Notes under the pieces: generated by a model
What the model saw: the letters and a program-made list of their open reading frames with translations, nothing else
Database searches by the model: none
Told to the model about the DNA's origin: nothing
Shown: positions 56,259 through 64,000 of the stretch, piece by piece
How positions within the stretch are numbered: position 1 is the first letter of the stretch
Layout of the letters: each line of letters begins with the position of its first letter
Origin: Trueperaceae bacterium
Lineage (GTDB): Bacteria > Deinococcota > Deinococci > Deinococcales > Trueperaceae
Length of the DNA stretch: 64,000 bases
NCBI GenBank assembly: GCA_965213925.1
Contig: OZ243927.1
Coordinates: 2,944,001 to 3,008,000, forward strand
Direction: 5' to 3'
Translations under genes and position numbers: made by a program

Positions 56259-57308
56259 ATGAAAAAAAACTTACTCACTCTCGCCGCGCTTCTCTTTTCT
56301 ATCACGTTCGCCCAAGACCTCATCCCCGTGACCTTTCAGTCGAAGTGGTTTCCGCAGGCGCAGTTTGCGGGGTACTTCGTGGCGATTGACCAGGGGTTTT
56401 ATGAGGAAGAAGGCTTAGAGGTCACGGTCTTGGACGGCGGCAACGTCAACCCGACGGTGCAGGTCGCCTCGGGTAACGCTGACTTCGGGACGGACTGGAT
56501 TGCCAATATGTTGGTGCAGCGCGAGCAGGGGCTCGAGGTGGTGCAAATCGCGCAGATTTACCAGGACTCGGGCTACCGGATGGTGTCGCTGCAAGACTCG
56601 GGCATCGAGACTTTTGCTGACTTAGCCGGGCGGCGCGTGGGCGTGTGGGGCTTCGGCAACGAGTTCGTCGCGCAGGCTGTGTTCGACGTGGAGGGCTTAA
56701 CTTCCGACCTCGACCCGACGACGAGCAACCCCGATGTGAACGCGGTCGTGTACGCCTTTGACCCCGCGCTCGTCTTTCCGAATGAGGTGGACGTCGCCTC
56801 GGTCATGACCTATAACGAACTCGATCAGATTGTCGGACTTGGGTACGAATTGGACAACCTGAACATCTTAGACCCCTCAGAAATCGACGCGGAACTCCTA
56901 GAAGACCTCATCTTTACGACGCCGGAGTTATTGGAGAGCGAAGACTTCAAAGGCTCGGGCGTCTCCGGGCAAGAGGTCGCGGAGCGCTTTTTGCGGGCGA
57001 CGATTCGCGGCTGGGAGGTCGCGGTGGAGAACCCGGCGGAAGCCGTCGAAATCGTGCTCGGCTATTGCGGCGATACCTGTGCGGGGTCGGGGAGCACCTC
57101 GAGCCCCGAAATCCACCAGTCCTGGCAGATGGACCGCGTCGCCGAACTCGTCAGACCGAGTGAGGATACGGAAATCGGTGCGCTCAGCGAAGAGGCGTTC
57201 AATAAGTCGGTTGAGTTGCTCGTGCAAGTCGGGCTGATTAACGAGGCGCTCTCTTATGGAGAGATCGTGAACTCGAGCGTCTACGAAGCGGTGAGCGGCG
57301 CGGAATAG
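56259..57308 (+). CDS. NMT1/THI5-like ABC substrate-binding protein (pyrimidine)
   Basis: ATG 56259 after AGGAGG; KWFPQAQFAGYFVA..GFY..EGL, MTYNE motifs. Confidence 0.9.
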   Translation: MKKNLLTLAALLFSITFAQDLIPVTFQSKWFPQAQFAGYFVAIDQGFYEEEGLEVTVLDGGNVNPTVQVASGNADFGTDWIANMLVQREQGLEVVQIAQIYQDSGYRMVSLQDSGIETFADLAGRRVGVWGFGNEFVAQAVFDVEGLTSDLDPTTSNPDVNAVVYAFDPALVFPNEVDVASVMTYNELDQIVGLGYELDNLNILDPSEIDAELLEDLIFTTPELLESEDFKGSGVSGQEVAERFLRATIRGWEVAVENPAEAVEIVLGYCGDTCAGSGSTSSPEIHQSWQMDRVAELVRPSEDTEIGALSEEAFNKSVELLVQVGLINEALSYGEIVNSSVYEAVSGAE

Positions 57309-57323
57309 GCAACGCTGACACGA

Positions 57324-57355
57324 AAGGCGTACACTGGTTGTGCGCCTTATTTTAT
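57324..57355 (+). terminator. Intrinsic terminator after the binding-protein gene
   Basis: AAGGCGTACA / TGTGCGCCTT stem plus ATTTTAT. Confidence 0.6.
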
Positions 57356-57491
57356 CTCGCGTCACGGGTTTCATCTGATTGAAATGTATAGAACGGTCCA
57401 CTGACCGAAACAAATAGCGCTTAGCCGAACGGTAAGACATTCGCACAGCTCGAGTATAACGCTCAAAATCATCATATTAGAGGAGGCTTTT

Positions 57492-58802
57492 ATGATTTCC
57501 ACTAAGAACCGCACCGACGAACTCCTAGACCGCCAAAAGGAGTACCTCTTCCCCATCCAGAGCAAGATGCTTCTCTACGGCGATGAGCCTTTAGCCGTCT
57601 CCCACGCCAAAGACCAGTTCGTCTGGGACGTGGAGGGCAATAAATATTTAGACTTCTTCGGCGGTATCCTCACCGTGTCAGTAGGTCACGCTAACGAAGA
57701 GGTCACAGCGGCGGTTATCGAGCAGCTTCTCCGCGTGCAGCACACCTCGACGCTCTACATCAACGAAATTACGATTAAAGTCGCAGAAAAAATTGCGAAG
57801 TTGACACCGGGACGCTTGCAGCACTGCTTTTTTACGAGCAGCGGCACAGAGGCCGACGAAACTGCGATTCTCGCCGCGCGGATGTACACGGGCAACACCG
57901 ACATCATCGCGCTTCGTCACGCTTACTCGGGCCGCTCGGTCAGCATGATGAGCATGACCGCGCACGGCACGTGGCGTTTGGGCGGCGTGTTCGACGGGGC
58001 GATTAAGCACGTCCGCAACCCCTACACCTACCGGATGCCTGCGGGGATGAACGAGGAGCAGTTTTTAGACTTCTTGGTGGACGACCTTAAAGAGATGATC
58101 GCGACCTGCACGAACGGCAGAATCGCCGCGTTCATGGCGGAGCCGATTCAAGGGGTGGGCGGCTTTGTGGTTGCGCCGCAGGACTATTTTCAGCGCATCT
58201 TGCCCGTTGTAAGAGAGGCGGGCGGACTGCTGATTATCGATGAGGTTCAAACGGGCTGGGGGCGTACGGGTGGGCACATGTGCGGCATCGAGCATTGGGG
58301 CGTGGAGCCTGACATCATGACCTTTGCCAAAGGAATCGCCAACGGTGCGCCCGTGGGCTGCACCATCGCGACGCCCGAAGTGGCAGAGGCGGTGAACGGG
58401 CTCACACTGGCAACCTTTGGCGGCAACCCGGTGGCGATGGCGCAGGCGTACGCGACGATTGAATACATCGAGGAGAACAAGCTCTGGGAGAACGCCGAAA
58501 AGCAAGGCGCAAAGCTGCGTGAGCGCATGGAAGAGATGCGGACCCGTTACCCCTTCTTAGGCGATGTGCGCGGGATGGGGCTGATGCAAGCCTTTGAGAT
58601 CGTGCAGCCAGACGGGAGCAAAGAGCCCGACAGTGCGCGGACGGCGGCATTTGTCAATACAGCGCGGAAGCAGGGACTCCTCATTGGCAAAGGCGGACTC
58701 TACAGCAATGTAGTTCGGATTGCGCCGCATCTGAATGTTTCGGATGAAGACACGGACAAGGGTTGTGAGCTGATGGAGGCGGCGCTTGAAGAAGTAGCGT
58801 GA
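57492..58802 (+). CDS. Class III aminotransferase, probable beta-alanine transaminase (AGXT2/PYD4-like)
   Basis: YLDFFGGILTVSVGH, EPIQGVGG, DEVQTGWGRTG, AKGIANG, TFGGNP; follows the pyrimidine operon. Confidence 0.85.
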   Translation: MISTKNRTDELLDRQKEYLFPIQSKMLLYGDEPLAVSHAKDQFVWDVEGNKYLDFFGGILTVSVGHANEEVTAAVIEQLLRVQHTSTLYINEITIKVAEKIAKLTPGRLQHCFFTSSGTEADETAILAARMYTGNTDIIALRHAYSGRSVSMMSMTAHGTWRLGGVFDGAIKHVRNPYTYRMPAGMNEEQFLDFLVDDLKEMIATCTNGRIAAFMAEPIQGVGGFVVAPQDYFQRILPVVREAGGLLIIDEVQTGWGRTGGHMCGIEHWGVEPDIMTFAKGIANGAPVGCTIATPEVAEAVNGLTLATFGGNPVAMAQAYATIEYIEENKLWENAEKQGAKLRERMEEMRTRYPFLGDVRGMGLMQAFEIVQPDGSKEPDSARTAAFVNTARKQGLLIGKGGLYSNVVRIAPHLNVSDEDTDKGCELMEAALEEVA

Positions 58803-58912
58803 GGTGTAGGGCTTGGGCGAGGCTCGAGCCCTCTTCCCGAACATCTCAACGTCATCTTCGCTTGACTAAAGACGACGTCAGGTAAGCTCGAGCTGTGACC
58901 GAAGGAAATCCT

Positions 58913-59360
58913 TTAGGGCACCCGAACCGCCCTTTCAATCTGCCCTAAATCATCTCTATTCAAAACGCCGACTTGTCCTGACAAGCGCTCTTTGCTGACC
59001 GTCGTAAGCTGGTCTGCCACCGCCTTACGCTGCTCGCCGCCTAGCGTCACATAAGCCTCACTCGGGTAAAGGCGGGCGACGTTACTCGTGAGCGGTACAA
59101 CCTGGATGCGGTTGAGATGCTTGTCATACCCTTTCCGGTTAAATACGCTACAAAGTAGCGTATTTAATCCCGAGCGGATGCGAGTAGAAAAAATACGGAT
59201 TCCGATGAGCACGGAAGAAACTCCGAAGGAGTTTATGGAGTAATCAATCGGAATCCGTATTAGAAGCGTCGTTGCTAATGATGACAGCAGGACGCACTTT
59301 GCGGATTTCACCGCCGACAGAAGGGCTGAAGTTGACCCACCACACCTCGCCCCGTTTCAC
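58913..59360 (-). pseudogene. mazF: PemK/MazF toxin interrupted by a 136-bp insertion
   Basis: GTG 59360 gives MKRGEVWWVNFSPSVGGEIRKVRPAVIISNDAS; removing 59125-59260 joins it in frame to NKHLNRIQVVPLTS...ADQLTTVSKERL (103 aa). Confidence 0.88.
59125..59260. mobile_element. Deinococcus-type small non-coding repeat (SRE/SNR-like MITE) inserted in mazF
   Basis: Imperfect TIRs TACCCTTTCCGGTTAAATAC / GTAATCAATCGGAATCCGTA, two internal hairpins, core GAGCGGATGCGAGTAG; family assignment from memory. Confidence 0.75.
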
Positions 59361-59584
59361 CTGTTTTCGTCAATTTCTAGGAGCGTTCCTTCAGACCACT
59401 CTAGCGCTTCCGCCTCACGCACCTCATCCTCAGCCATCTGCTTATAAGCCGCGTCCAAATCGTCAGGAAGGACGTGAGGACGTACTAAAGACTCTATAAA
59501 CTGGCTTATCTTGCCCTGACCGATCTGAGCGTAAAGACCTTCGTAAACCTGTTCGTCAATCGTAATAGTGAGCTTTTTTTGCAT
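59357..59584 (-). CDS. RHH-type addiction-module antitoxin
   Basis: MQKKLTITIDEQVYEGL...ISQFIESLVRPHV...AYKQMAEDE.REAEALEW; GTGA overlap with mazF; TACAAT 6 nt before ATG 59584; TACACGTATT direct repeat over the promoter. Confidence 0.88.
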   Translation of the reverse strand: MQKKLTITIDEQVYEGLYAQIGQGKISQFIESLVRPHVLPDDLDAAYKQMAEDEVREAEALEWSEGTLLEIDENR

Positions 59585-59659
59585 ACACGTATTGTACACG
59601 TATTAGAGATAGCAGGTTTCACCAAACAGGAACCCTGAGCAAGTTCTATACTGATTGAG

Positions 59660-61138
59660 ATGACCTATTTTCAGTTTCACTTTATCTTCACTCTGCCGCC
59701 GGTCCTCATATTAGGGCTCATCTCTTGGCTCGAGGCTCGCCGCCGCCCTTTGAGTGGCAGCTTAGGTAGACAGACCCCGTTCGCGTTTTGGGCGCTCCTC
59801 TTGCACGTTTTGATCGCCTTCGCCTACACGACGCCGTGGGACAACTATCTGGTCGCGCAAGAGGTCTGGGGCTACGGGGCGGAGCGCGTGTGGGCGACGG
59901 TCGGCTATGTGCCGGTCGAAGAGTACCTCTTCTTCATCTTGCAAACGCTTCTAACCGGGATGTTTCTCTTCTTTTTGGCACGGCGTTTCGGCGCTCAGAA
60001 GCGGGAGCTTTCGCCGGACTCGAGGCTGCGCATCCGCGTCTACGGCGCGCTCTTCTGGCTCGTTGTCGGGGCGGCGGGCGTACTGGCGCTCACCGCGCCC
60101 AAGGGGACCTATTTCGGGCTCATCGCGGTGTGGGCAGCTCCCGTGCTCGCGCTGCAGTGGGGCTTCGGCGGCGACTTGTTGGTGCGGCGCTGGCGGCTTT
60201 TACTTCCGGCGGTTGCCGTACCGACGCTCTATCTCTGGGCCGCGGACCGCTTGGCGATTGGAGACGGGATTTGGTGGATCAGTGAGCGGCTCTCGAGCGG
60301 CCTCGTCCCCTTAGGGTTACCCGTCGAAGAGGCGTTTTTCTTTTTGGTGACCAATCTGCTCGTCGTCTTCGGACTGACGCTCGCGTTGGAGCCTGCCTCG
60401 CTCGCACGTTTCGACACCCTGCGCGGCGTGCGCTGGTGGCGCGGGGCGTTGGCGCTGTGGGCGCTCAGCATGGTCCCGACGCCGCTCGTGCCGGGAGCGT
60501 TCGCGCCGCTCGCCTACGTCAGCACGGCGCTTCTAGCCTTGGGGATTTTCGGCTACGCCTTGGAGCGCTACGGTGTGAGGACGTGGCTCCTCTTCGCGGC
60601 GGCGTTTTCGTTCGGCGTGCTGGTCGAGTGGTTAGGTCACACGACGGGGTTTCCCTTCGGTTCCTACGACTACACCGCGCCCGGTCCGAGTCTTTTGGGC
60701 GTTCCGCTGCTCGTGCCGCTCGGCTGGTTCGCCTTTACGCTCATCGCCCTTGCGGTGAGCGGGACGCGCAAACTCTGGGTCGCGCCTCTGGCGCTCGTCG
60801 CGTGGGATTTGGGGCTAGACCCCCTCATGGTGGACAAAGGCTTTTGGACCTTTCAGGCGCAGAGCGTGTACTACGATATCCCGCTCACGAACTTCCTCGG
60901 CTGGTACGCGGCGGGCGTGGTGCTCGTGTGGGTTCTCCTCAAGCTCGAGCCCCGTCTAAAGGGAGAAGCGAGCACAGATTTGCGCCTCATCTTCGCCCTT
61001 CAAGCTTTTTTGATGGCGACGGGGCTCCTCTTTTTCGGTCTCACGCTAGCTGCGTTGGTGACGCTCGCCGCGATGGGCGCGTTTGTTTTCTCGTGGCGAG
61101 GGCGACCGGTCTTGAGCGGCGCGCAGCGCGCGAAATGA
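59660..61138 (+). CDS. Fused membrane lycopene cyclase (CrtYcd-type, two repeats) and carotenoid 1,2-hydratase CruF
   Basis: YTTPWDNYLV...PVEEYLFF and WAADRLAI..GIW...PVEEAFFF cyclase repeats; C-terminal EWLGHTTGFPFGSYDY, WDLGLDP, PLTNFLGW CruF motifs. Confidence 0.82.
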   Translation: MTYFQFHFIFTLPPVLILGLISWLEARRRPLSGSLGRQTPFAFWALLLHVLIAFAYTTPWDNYLVAQEVWGYGAERVWATVGYVPVEEYLFFILQTLLTGMFLFFLARRFGAQKRELSPDSRLRIRVYGALFWLVVGAAGVLALTAPKGTYFGLIAVWAAPVLALQWGFGGDLLVRRWRLLLPAVAVPTLYLWAADRLAIGDGIWWISERLSSGLVPLGLPVEEAFFFLVTNLLVVFGLTLALEPASLARFDTLRGVRWWRGALALWALSMVPTPLVPGAFAPLAYVSTALLALGIFGYALERYGVRTWLLFAAAFSFGVLVEWLGHTTGFPFGSYDYTAPGPSLLGVPLLVPLGWFAFTLIALAVSGTRKLWVAPLALVAWDLGLDPLMVDKGFWTFQAQSVYYDIPLTNFLGWYAAGVVLVWVLLKLEPRLKGEASTDLRLIFALQAFLMATGLLFFGLTLAALVTLAAMGAFVFSWRGRPVLSGAQRAK

Positions 61139-61145
61139 TCAGCGC

Positions 61146-61856
61146 GTGATCCGGTCTGCGCACTTCAAAACCCTCTTCGCTGAGGAGATCGAACGTTGGA
61201 TCGTCCGCGCCATGCCCTTCATCATCCGGCGCTCACTAAGGAGCGGGCTGCACGGCGTCTATACGCGAGGAGACTGGGACGCGCTCCCCCAGCGCGGCTA
61301 CATCGTCGCGGCGAACCATCATTCCTGGTGGGACGGCTACTTGGCGTGGCTCGTGCAGGGGCGCGTGGCGCAACCTCTAGGCGGCATGATGGGCGAGGCG
61401 CAGCTCTCGCGCTTTCGCTTCTTTCGGCGTATGGGCGTGATTTCTCCCAAAGAGGTGCGCCACGCGCTGAGGCGTTTGGCGCAGGGCGAGGTGATGTTCA
61501 TCTTTTGTGAGGGGGCGATTCGCCCGGCAGGTGAGGTGAAAGAGGTCGAGGAAGGCGTGGCGTTTTTAGCCGAGCGAGCGAACGTCCCTATCTACCCACT
61601 CGCGCTGCGAACCGCCGTGCGCGGTTCGCAGCACCCCGAAGCGTTCATGGTGCTAGGCAAGAGGTTAGAGCCGGATACAGACCGCGCCGCGCTGAGCCGA
61701 GAGGTGCGAGCGAGTCTCAACGCGCTTTTAGGAGAGGTCGACCAGATGTTACGGAGCGCCGACCCCGAAGCGCCGCCGCCCGGTTTTGAAGCGTGGCTTA
61801 CGGGTCCGCAGAGCTTTCACGAACGCATGGGGTGGGTGGCGCGGCTTTGGCGCTAG
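61146..61856 (+). CDS. PlsC-like acyltransferase, CruD-like carotenoid glycoside acyltransferase
   Basis: NHHSWWD (HX4D), IFCEG; carotenoid context. Confidence 0.82.
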   Translation: MIRSAHFKTLFAEEIERWIVRAMPFIIRRSLRSGLHGVYTRGDWDALPQRGYIVAANHHSWWDGYLAWLVQGRVAQPLGGMMGEAQLSRFRFFRRMGVISPKEVRHALRRLAQGEVMFIFCEGAIRPAGEVKEVEEGVAFLAERANVPIYPLALRTAVRGSQHPEAFMVLGKRLEPDTDRAALSREVRASLNALLGEVDQMLRSADPEAPPPGFEAWLTGPQSFHERMGWVARLWR

Positions 61857-62091
61857 CGTCCCACCGTCGGGCCGAGAAGGTTGGCGTGAAGAGGGCGTAA
61901 GAGGTGGATGGTATTATCGCTCTTGATACGATGCCACGAAGACATTCCGAAAACAACGCGCACCTACCTTTGCAAGGCGTGTTGCCGCATAGCGGTAGCG
62001 CTGACCGGTACTCGCATCCGCACGGTTTTGGTTGCCACACCTGGCGATCAAAATTGCACATGCTCCTTAACTGCGTCCCTGTGCCGACCTT

Positions 62092-63198
62092 ATGAGCGTG
62101 GGCTGGCTCTGGTGGCTGGCGACGGGTTTTGTCGGCGTGCAGCTTCTGACGCTGCTCTCCAATCTCTCGACCTTTCCAGTTCTGAAAGCCGCGCGAGAGG
62201 TTGAAACGACCCTACCTCAAGTTCCCAAAGTCTCCATTCTCATCCCCGCTCGCAACGAAGAGGACAACTTGCCCGTGACGCTGCCGCGCATTCTGGCGCA
62301 ACAAGGTATCTACGAAGTGCTCGTCTTAGACGACGATTCGCAAGACCGAACCGCTGAGGTATTGGCGCTCTTCGCGGCGCAGTATCCGAAGCTTAGGGCA
62401 CTACAAGGCGAAGCGCCGCCGGGGGGCTGGAACGGCAAGAACTGGGCGTGCGAGCAGCTCGCCAACGCCGCCTCGGGGACACTGCTCATCTTTACAGACG
62501 CCGACGTGCTGTGGGAGGCGGGAGCGCTCTTAGGGTTGCTCGAGTTCCAGCAAACCCAAAAAGCCGCCTTTGTCAGCGTGTGGCCCCGCCAAATCACACG
62601 CACCTTCAAAGAACGACTCTACGTTCCTATCGTCGACCTTATCTTGCTCGGCTGGTTGCCTTACATAGGCGTCAAACATCTCCCCTTCGGCGCGTTCTCA
62701 GCGGGCAACGGTCAGCTCATGCTCTGGACGCGGCGGGCATATCGGCGCGTCGGCGGGCACAAAGCGTTCAAAGGAGAGGTTTTAGAGGACGTGCGCATGG
62801 GGCAAGCGGCGAAGCGCCAGGGGTTGCGTGTGGCGTTAGCTTTGGGCGGCGACATGTTGAGCACGCGGATGTACAAAAATGAAAACGAGATTTTAGAAGG
62901 GTTCAGCAAGAATATCCTATCCGCGCACGGCAACAGCCGCCCCTTTTTGGCGCTCTCGCTCGCGTTGAATACGCTCGCCTATACGCTTTCGTGGGTTTTC
63001 GCGCTCATCAATCCGCTCTGGCTCGTTCCTGCTGCTCTAGGTGTCTTCCAGCGCGGTTTGACCGCTTACAAAACGCACCGAACGCCTTTGGAAGCGTTTT
63101 TGCAACCGTTGGCGGCGTACCCGCTCCTGCGTGTCGGCGTGCGGGCACTTTTGCGCAACGGGCGCTATGCGTGGCGAGGGCGTGAATATGAAGGGTGA
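62092..63198 (+). CDS. GT2 glycosyltransferase, CruC-like carotenoid glucosyltransferase
   Basis: IPARNEE, DDDSQD, GWNGKNWAC, TDAD, GNGQ, VLED, RMY. Confidence 0.88.
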   Translation: MSVGWLWWLATGFVGVQLLTLLSNLSTFPVLKAAREVETTLPQVPKVSILIPARNEEDNLPVTLPRILAQQGIYEVLVLDDDSQDRTAEVLALFAAQYPKLRALQGEAPPGGWNGKNWACEQLANAASGTLLIFTDADVLWEAGALLGLLEFQQTQKAAFVSVWPRQITRTFKERLYVPIVDLILLGWLPYIGVKHLPFGAFSAGNGQLMLWTRRAYRRVGGHKAFKGEVLEDVRMGQAAKRQGLRVALALGGDMLSTRMYKNENEILEGFSKNILSAHGNSRPFLALSLALNTLAYTLSWVFALINPLWLVPAALGVFQRGLTAYKTHRTPLEAFLQPLAAYPLLRVGVRALLRNGRYAWRGREYEG

Positions 63199-64000
63199 GA
63201 AGAGGTCGGTGAAGTCGGCGCTCGTACTCGGCGGCGGCTTCGCTGGGTTGTCGGCGGCGGTTCACTTGGCACTCGAGGGGCGAGAGGTCACGCTCTTAGA
63301 GCAAGCCCCCTCGCTCGGCGGCAAAGCGGGCGAATACGCTGAGTCGGGCTACCGCTTCGACATCGGACCGAGCGTGTGGACGCTGCCGCATATCGTCACC
63401 GACCTCTTCGAACGAGCGGGGGAAACGCCGCCTGTATTCAAATCCTTAGAGCCACTTTGTCGCTACCGCTTTGGGAGTGGGCGCGTGTGGGACGTATACC
63501 GCGACGTGAAAAAAACGACGGCGCAACTCAGCGGCGAAGAAGCGCAGGTTTACCGCAACTTAGTCGCGGAGGCGCGTGCACTTTACGAGGCGGCCGCGCC
63601 GACGTTCCTCTACGACCAAGCGCCGGGGCTCACTGCTTTGGCACGCTACGGGCTCCAGCACGGGCTCCGAGCGCATCCTTTTAAGAGGTTGCCGGGTTTG
63701 CTCGAGTCACTAGGCGCACAAGGCGACCTCAAAACCTTTTTCCTGCGCTTCGCCACCTATTTCGGCGCGGACCCCCACCGCGCCCCGGCGGTACTACACA
63801 ATATTGCTTGGACCGAATTGGGGTTGGGCGCGTACTACCCCGAAGGGGGCATTCGAGGTTTAGTCAACCAGCTCTGTGCTTTGGCTAAAAAGCTCGGCGT
63901 CGAAATCTTGACCGAAACGAAGGTGGAGCGGCTCGAGACTCACGCTAACCTCCTGAAAGTCCACACCTCGAGAGGTCTCTTCAAAGCCGACACCGTCATC
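63188..64000 (+). CDS. CrtI-family carotenoid desaturase, probably CrtD-like (partial, runs off the window)
   Basis: MKGEKRSVKSALVLGGGFAGLSAA...LGGKAG...YRFDIGPS; RFATYFGADP; not in the ORF track because no stop lies in the window. Confidence 0.85.
   Translation, partial: MKGEKRSVKSALVLGGGFAGLSAAVHLALEGREVTLLEQAPSLGGKAGEYAESGYRFDIGPSVWTLPHIVTDLFERAGETPPVFKSLEPLCRYRFGSGRVWDVYRDVKKTTAQLSGEEAQVYRNLVAEARALYEAAAPTFLYDQAPGLTALARYGLQHGLRAHPFKRLPGLLESLGAQGDLKTFFLRFATYFGADPHRAPAVLHNIAWTELGLGAYYPEGGIRGLVNQLCALAKKLGVEILTETKVERLETHANLLKVHTSRGLFKADTVI

Noticed and set aside
58913..59311. 132-aa ORF from the track as an intact protein
   Set aside because: It is a chimera of an out-of-frame mazF 5' part, insert DNA and the mazF C-terminal half

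Overview
Bacterial chromosomal window of roughly 60% GC, most likely Deinococcota (Trueperaceae-like). That placement is inferred from a Deinococcus-type small repeat, many leaderless TANNNT promoters, Uma2 and LEA_2 genes and a cruF/cruD/cruC carotenoid cluster. Gene order: the groEL 3' end; a Phd-PIN toxin-antitoxin pair; mrp/apbC; a LacI-controlled polyol ABC plus dehydrogenase cluster; MFS and Na+/Ca2+ transporters; a LiaRS-like two-component system flanked by paralogous membrane proteins; a BMP-type nucleoside ABC transporter; a PAS-GGDEF-EAL protein; a YnjBCD-like ABC transporter; rex; hisS-aspS with a HAD hydrolase, flippase-like protein and GT4; a full reductive pyrimidine catabolism operon; a disrupted MazEF-like pair; and carotenoid modification genes running off the end. 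The best candidates for undescribed biology are: (1) two tandem Tat-less reductive-dehalogenase/QueG-superfamily proteins with a ferredoxin-NADP+ reductase and a MarR regulator, behind a doubled palindromic operator and between the permeases and binding protein of the BMP transporter; (2) a four-helix-bundle (23S-IVS/Avd-like) gene framed by heptamer inverted repeats inside the pyrimidine operon, with a gene-less copy of the repeat translated at the start of a permease; (3) a promoter-and-terminator-bounded ~63-nt hairpin RNA upstream of rex; (4) an ABC permease with a large phage-like beta-repeat insertion; (5) several families of miniature elements, one of which cleanly interrupts mazF; (6) a low-GC, atypical anticodon-binding domain in aspS. 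No CRISPR array, rRNA, tRNA or transposase was seen. All calls are by-eye motif recognition; no database searches were run.
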